A DNA stretch of 64,000 nucleotides from Bacteriovoracia bacterium. Lineage in GTDB: Bacteria; Bdellovibrionota; UBA1018; CAIPTA01. The translations under genes were made by a program, and so were the position numbers. The DNA lies in NCBI GenBank assembly GCA_050246755.1, contig JBFWVL010000001.1, positions 1,216,001 to 1,280,000 on the forward strand. Direction: 5' to 3'. A model generated the notes under the pieces. The model was not told the origin of the DNA and did no database searches. It was given only the letters and a program-made list of their open reading frames with translations. Position 1 is the first letter of the stretch. Each line of letters opens with the position of its first letter. Shown piece after piece: positions 59,548-64,000 of this stretch.

Positions 59548-59700
59548 CTATTCTTGCGACGGCCTTCGCGCCACTTCGGGGCTGCCGTTTGCTTTTTTCA
59601 TTTCGGATTTTGCACGGACAGGACGCCCTTTGATCACAGCCACGGAAAGTGCGCTCCCCAGCAAAACTCCGAATAGAACTAGAAATCTGACTTTTATCAT
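59548..59700 (-). CDS. Small (50 aa) membrane-anchored or exported peptide, absent from the ORF track
   Basis: My translation: MIKVRFLVLFGVLLGSALSVAVIKGRPVRAKSEMKKANGSPEVARRPSQE*. Its stop abuts the MAPEG stop. Confidence 0.55.
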   Translation of the reverse strand: MIKVRFLVLFGVLLGSALSVAVIKGRPVRAKSEMKKANGSPEVARRPSQE

Positions 59701-59850
59701 TCACCGTATGCTTCGGAGTTTTTGCGCACTCCATTAAGCGCTGATATTCACTACGATAAAAAATTTCACCCCACCTCCACCTTCCGCCGTGTAGGCGGAA
59801 CTAATTCTCTCGGAAACGCCCAAAAGCGCCGATAGATAAGGGAGTAATAA

Positions 59851-61149
59851 ATGTTTATTTTCAGCTGGATCGCCATTTTCACCGCCACCCTCGCTAACGC
59901 CGAGCCCCCACGTATTTTGCAGATTGCACCCGTGAAAGATTTCTTCCAGTTCAACCAAGAATCGGGCGGAAACTCTTCTTGCATGGTGAGCTTGCCCAAG
60001 CCTGTGCCCGTGAAGGTTCTAAGCGAGACCCCCACTGAATTCGAGGTGGAGTGGAAAGTAGAAATATCCGGCTGCTATTGGCAGCAGCTCAAAGGTCAGA
60101 GCATGAAGCGCGGCTTTATTAAGAAACGCGATATTATTTGGGATGAAAACCTCAAAGAAGAGCTCCCCATGATCAGTTTCGCGCAGAGAATGCCGGAAAA
60201 AGCCCTTACGCCGGTGGAGTGCCTTAACCCCGTAGAGCAGAAGTTCGTCCCCGACGCCGTGAAGGCGATGGACCTTAGTAATTTCGTAGATTTCCTCCGC
60301 CGCGAAACCGCCGGGATAAAACCCAAGGCGAAGGTAGACCAGTACCTTCGCTGTTACCCTTATAGAAATAATCCCGCTAATTATCAGAAATATAAAAAAT
60401 TCCTCGATATGACCGGAGATGTTTTTAAGCTCACCAATCGCAGGGAACCCCAGGAAGTAAATCCTAGCTTACTGAGCTGCCTCTATCGCCGGGAAAGTGG
60501 ATTTGAAATCCCTACTGGAGAAGGCGCGGCCGGTCTGGGCCAGCATACGAATATAAATATCAAAGAAATTTCTAATCGCTTGAAGAAGCCTGGCTCTTGG
60601 GAAGCCGCCCTATGGAAGCAATACTTTGAAAAAGTGCGAAGCACTTCCGACGGACGCGCCATGCTAGCCTCTTGCATGGGAAGCTCTAAGAGCGGAGAGC
60701 CCGCTTTCGATACGAAGCAAGATGCCGCTTGCCCGCTCCAGTCTATGGCGGCCGGGTCTATTTATATCTTAATGATTCAGCGCGAGCTTTCTAGAAATTC
60801 TAAGATCATAGATATTAAATGGGAAAACGAGCTGGAGTACCAAGTAGCGATTGCGGCCGCCTATAATCTGGGCGACGGCGCGGCCGGCAGCGCGGTTAAG
60901 AACCTTTTGGTAAATGATTGGGTGGGTGCGATTCGCCGGAAAAGCACCCAAGCCGCTCCGGGAAAAGATTGCGAGGTTCTCTTGCATATCAACGCCGTGA
61001 AAAATTGCCTACAGGCGAATAATCCGTGGCAGCCAATGCATCCTGGCGATACGCCCCAATGCGAAGAGTTACGAGGCGTGAAAATTAATTTGGTGGACAA
61101 GAAAAATTCCTGCGCGGTTCCACCGCCGGCCGTAAAACCAAAAAAATAA
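59851..61149 (+). CDS. Exported protein with lytic transglycosylase (SLT)/lysozyme-like domain
   Basis: Signal peptide and the three SLT motifs in order: RRESGF, GAAGLGQ and AAAYNLG. Confidence 0.68.
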   Translation: MFIFSWIAIFTATLANAEPPRILQIAPVKDFFQFNQESGGNSSCMVSLPKPVPVKVLSETPTEFEVEWKVEISGCYWQQLKGQSMKRGFIKKRDIIWDENLKEELPMISFAQRMPEKALTPVECLNPVEQKFVPDAVKAMDLSNFVDFLRRETAGIKPKAKVDQYLRCYPYRNNPANYQKYKKFLDMTGDVFKLTNRREPQEVNPSLLSCLYRRESGFEIPTGEGAAGLGQHTNINIKEISNRLKKPGSWEAALWKQYFEKVRSTSDGRAMLASCMGSSKSGEPAFDTKQDAACPLQSMAAGSIYILMIQRELSRNSKIIDIKWENELEYQVAIAAAYNLGDGAAGSAVKNLLVNDWVGAIRRKSTQAAPGKDCEVLLHINAVKNCLQANNPWQPMHPGDTPQCEELRGVKINLVDKKNSCAVPPPAVKPKK

Positions 61150-61151
61150 AC

Positions 61152-62873
61152 CTAATTGCCGGCCATTTGGCTATGCGCGCGCAGAAGCTCGTCGCATTCT
61201 TTCTGAATCCTATCCACGGCTTCATGGCTGCTGCAGGCTTGAAGGGGATTTCGGAACTGTTCCTTCCACGGAGCTAGGGCCACTGCTTGCACCGCGGATT
61301 CCCGCATCTTCTCGTCCGCATCGAAAAAATGATTCACCAAAACTGCGGTGCTTTCTCCCGTATTCATGAACCGAAGAGAAAATACCGCCTTCGCGCGCAA
61401 TGCAATCTGCGCTTGGCTTTCCACCAAGGTTTTTAAATCGGACACGAATTCGGTACGACCGCTATTTCCGATCGCGTCGAGAACGGAAAGCTGCGCACCA
61501 AGATCACCGCTCTGAACGGCCGCCTGCCATTGTGCCCGGAGGCTCGCCATTGCTGAATCCGCCACAACTCCCCTTGCGTTCTGTAAGCTCGAACCAAGCG
61601 CGTAGGAAGAGCCAGACTTTAGGTCGGGATCCTGCTGATTTTCCATTTCGTCGCGTAAGAAATCTACGGTTTCCGGAGTAGCAGCCGCCTGCGTGGTGGT
61701 GAGCGCACCGAGAATGGTTCCTTTCCCCGACAAAGGGCATTCCGGATTTTGATACAATGAAAGCAGAGCCTTCTGATTTTCGGCGCCGCCGGCGGTAGCT
61801 AATGCCCCCACTATCGTCTTGAATAGCGTGGAATCGGCACCGAGCCGGATATCTTTAGCGCCCAGTAAACCGAGAACTTTTTCCAGCGAGCCGGGTTCGC
61901 GGCGCAACACGCGGACGAGGTCCCCGAAAGCTTCGAGGCGTTCACCCGAAGTCATCGCATCGAGGCGCTGGAGTTTTTCCACGAGAGCGGCCCAATCTAC
62001 TTTGCCATATTCCAAGTTGTCCGCGGTATTTCCGGCGGCGAGGGTGAGCGAATCGGCGTGGTTTAAGGCCGCCATCTGGGCCTTCGTGTAAACGGGAGAA
62101 GGCCCGCGAGCTTGGAACTTCACGTGATAGCTAGTGAATGATTCCAAGTATGCGCCGTTTTGCCCCATGCGGGTGGCTTCGTCTCCCTTAAGTTCGGCCG
62201 GCAGAGAAAGGGTACTATCCCAGCGCAGCCAGTGCGTGGACGAGACGATCTCGGTTTTTGGCTGATTTAAATACTTTAGCTTCGTTTTTTTCTGAAGCTG
62301 AAAATTCGCCTGGGCAGGCAGTGCTTCCACGCGAAATTCGTATTTTCCCAGCGTGTCTGTATCCGCGGAAAAATTCCAGAGCGCGAGTAGATCTTTAGTT
62401 ACCGCAATGTATTGCTGGGTTTCTTCGTCGTGGGCCTGGCCCGTGTGGAGCTCCAGCTTTTTTCCTTTAGCGTTTAAATGCATTTTCACTAGCGGAGATT
62501 CTTTCCCAGAATATTCTTTCACCTTCGCCTGGGCGATGGCGCTAAATCCTTGTTTATCGACGCTAAGAATATCCAAGGTTAGCGTCCCGCCATAGGCGAT
62601 GGTGGGCACGTTGTCGCCGAAGCCGCGAATCGTAATTTTTCGCTGAAATCCGTAGGTATAGCGCTGCCCGGCTTGAGGACTAAAAACCAAATCCCCGGCG
62701 AGGGTGGAGGCGGGCGGCGATGCTAAGCTGGCCGGCGAACGGTCGACCGCTTTCTCTCCGGAATTTTGGGCGCGCTTTTCAATCGCCCAGCCAGCAACCA
62801 CTAGCAAGCAGGACAAGCCAATTCCCACTTTCACTAAGAGGCGGGAGGTTTTACCTACTGCTTGACTGGGCAT
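61152..62873 (-). CDS. Membrane-anchored/exported protein with beta-sheet N-domain and HEAT-like helical domain (vitellogenin/MTP N-region-like)
   Basis: N-terminal TM, then FSPQAGQRYTYGF and DTDTLGKYEF..KKTKLKY, then HEAT-like repeats (LDAIGNSG, LRAKAVFSLRF). Confidence 0.6.
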   Translation of the reverse strand: MPSQAVGKTSRLLVKVGIGLSCLLVVAGWAIEKRAQNSGEKAVDRSPASLASPPASTLAGDLVFSPQAGQRYTYGFQRKITIRGFGDNVPTIAYGGTLTLDILSVDKQGFSAIAQAKVKEYSGKESPLVKMHLNAKGKKLELHTGQAHDEETQQYIAVTKDLLALWNFSADTDTLGKYEFRVEALPAQANFQLQKKTKLKYLNQPKTEIVSSTHWLRWDSTLSLPAELKGDEATRMGQNGAYLESFTSYHVKFQARGPSPVYTKAQMAALNHADSLTLAAGNTADNLEYGKVDWAALVEKLQRLDAMTSGERLEAFGDLVRVLRREPGSLEKVLGLLGAKDIRLGADSTLFKTIVGALATAGGAENQKALLSLYQNPECPLSGKGTILGALTTTQAAATPETVDFLRDEMENQQDPDLKSGSSYALGSSLQNARGVVADSAMASLRAQWQAAVQSGDLGAQLSVLDAIGNSGRTEFVSDLKTLVESQAQIALRAKAVFSLRFMNTGESTAVLVNHFFDADEKMRESAVQAVALAPWKEQFRNPLQACSSHEAVDRIQKECDELLRAHSQMAGN

Positions 62874-63679
62874 GCATTTACGTCCGTAGCAAAACAGTAT
62901 CCGTTCCAGTTATAGAGGTCATAGTTCCACAGACGCTTCCAGCCCATTTGCGAGAGCCAGAAAACATCGGCGAAGGCATATAGGCGCCCCTTGAGGAATT
63001 CCACCATGGCCGAAATCAGTACCAAGGGTTTCGTGGAGGGAGTGAAACGAGCGTTCACGCTCGCGTGCGCGTCGATGAGATCGAGTTGTCCACCCACTCC
63101 GGCGCGCACGATAAAGAGCTTGGCGTAACCTTCGATGAAGCCCGCGGCGGCGGCCACGGCCTGCATATCTACCGCAAAGTTCGCGAATTGAAGGGGAAAC
63201 GCAATTTCGGTGCTATTTTGCACGATGATATTTGCTTCAAAGCGGGCGCCACCGTCTATCTGCAGCAGGAGAGGCCCAACGGGATAGGCATAAACGGGAA
63301 TTCTCACTTCCGTGGGGCTGATGCCCGCGCGGAATTTCAGCAGGCCGCTTTTTTCGATCGTGGTGCTATTGCTGAAAATGCGCTTCCCGAAAGAATAGAA
63401 TTCCGTATAGGTTTTTCCGCCGATCGTATTTGCCGGCTGCATGGACGCCATGAGGGCTTCCATCGCAATGCCGAGAACGGTGATCTTCGCCTTGGTTTTC
63501 ACCGTTTGCGAATCGGTAGGAACTCCGGCCGTAAAGGTACCGCTCATTTCCTTGCCTAATACCTCGGTGCCCTGCTTGCCTTCGAATTGGTCTTCGGAGG
63601 CAAACGCTGGAACCTCGATAAGGAGGGTTGCGATAGCGGTTGCGAGGGTCAGGGTATATCGGTGTGCTTTCCTGATCAT
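62855..63679 (-). CDS. Exported beta-strand-rich hypothetical protein
   Basis: Signal peptide from ATG 63679 (MIRKAHRY...VPAFA) and amphipathic strands (YPVGPLLLQIDGG, IVRAGVGGQLDLI). Overlaps the downstream gene by 19 nt. Confidence 0.7.
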   Translation of the reverse strand: MIRKAHRYTLTLATAIATLLIEVPAFASEDQFEGKQGTEVLGKEMSGTFTAGVPTDSQTVKTKAKITVLGIAMEALMASMQPANTIGGKTYTEFYSFGKRIFSNSTTIEKSGLLKFRAGISPTEVRIPVYAYPVGPLLLQIDGGARFEANIIVQNSTEIAFPLQFANFAVDMQAVAAAAGFIEGYAKLFIVRAGVGGQLDLIDAHASVNARFTPSTKPLVLISAMVEFLKGRLYAFADVFWLSQMGWKRLWNYDLYNWNGYCFATDVNACPVKQ

Positions 63680-63766
63680 ATTAGTACTATTATACGCAGA
63701 ATTACACGCAGTGTTAATATAATTAAACAATTAATATAAAATATTGATTTTATTGATTATTATTGT

Positions 63767-64000
63767 CTATTGAGGACGAGTAATGCGTGCGCAGACCAGC
63801 TCGGTATCCCCAGGAAAGGCCCCAATTGCCTTGGCTGCTAATGCCCCGCCCGGCATAAAAGCCAGGCTAGGAATACGGTGAAACAGGTTATCCAGGTCAC
63901 TATCTCCCCATCTCATCTCTATTGTAAGGCCCGCATTGCGCAGAAACCGGCCCAAAGAAACCCGAGAGAAATAGTGAAAATGGGGGGGAAAGGTGCCGGC
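63767..64000 (-). CDS. 3' end of a probable class I SAM methyltransferase (runs off the window)
   Basis: Frame is open to the window edge and reads AGTFPPHFHYFSRVSLGRFLRNAGLTIE, a typical methyltransferase C-terminal pattern. Confidence 0.5.
   Translation of the reverse strand, partial: AGTFPPHFHYFSRVSLGRFLRNAGLTIEMRWGDSDLDNLFHRIPSLAFMPGGALAAKAIGAFPGDTELVCARITRPQ

Noticed and set aside
59390-60035. Minus-strand ORFs 59390-59734, 59734-59958 and 59766-60035
   Set aside because: They overlap better-supported genes and show no protein-like features.
53540-64000. tRNA-anchored genomic island or prophage
   Set aside because: No integrase, transposase or phage gene, and I saw no repeat of the tRNA 3' end in the window. 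It looks like an ordinary accessory region.
1-64000. CRISPR arrays, rRNA, IS elements, defence systems
   Set aside because: None recognised on reading. Short or degenerate elements could have been missed without computation.

Overview
Core-chromosome region of a Gram-negative bacterium. Gene content and order suggest Bdellovibrionota/Oligoflexia or a related delta-like lineage (inference only). From left to right it holds: a maeB 3' end, ridA, nadK, recN, a DegT-family aminotransferase, hemW, grpE-dnaK-dnaJ and an LpoA/LppC-like gene; a fliD-fliS-fliT-like/TPR/GT9-like/kinase/receiver operon; a complete canonical nuoA-N (complex I) operon on the minus strand; mfd, two SurA/PpiC foldases, a large membrane-anchored TPR protein, serS and tRNA-Ser(UGA); and an accessory tail. 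The main find lies directly upstream of the canonical nuo operon on the same strand (33042-43577). It is a second, intact, tightly coupled 12-gene complex-I-like cluster (A-B-C-D-H-I-J-K-L-M-M-N) with no nuoEFG, an extra NuoM-like subunit and a lengthened NuoL transverse helix. It keeps all Fe-S ligands (N2, N6a, N6b) but has lost nearly all conserved proton-pumping Glu/Lys residues and the quinone-site His/Asp. I read it as a candidate non-pumping 'pseudo-complex I'. Secondary finds: a possible split bacterial vitellogenin/MTP-like lipid-transfer pair, a secreted PTP-fold protein lacking the P-loop Arg, a degenerate GT9 in the flagellar operon, an SLT-like secreted protein, and a 50-aa ORF missing from the ORF track. 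All assignments come from reading motifs by eye; no searches were run.
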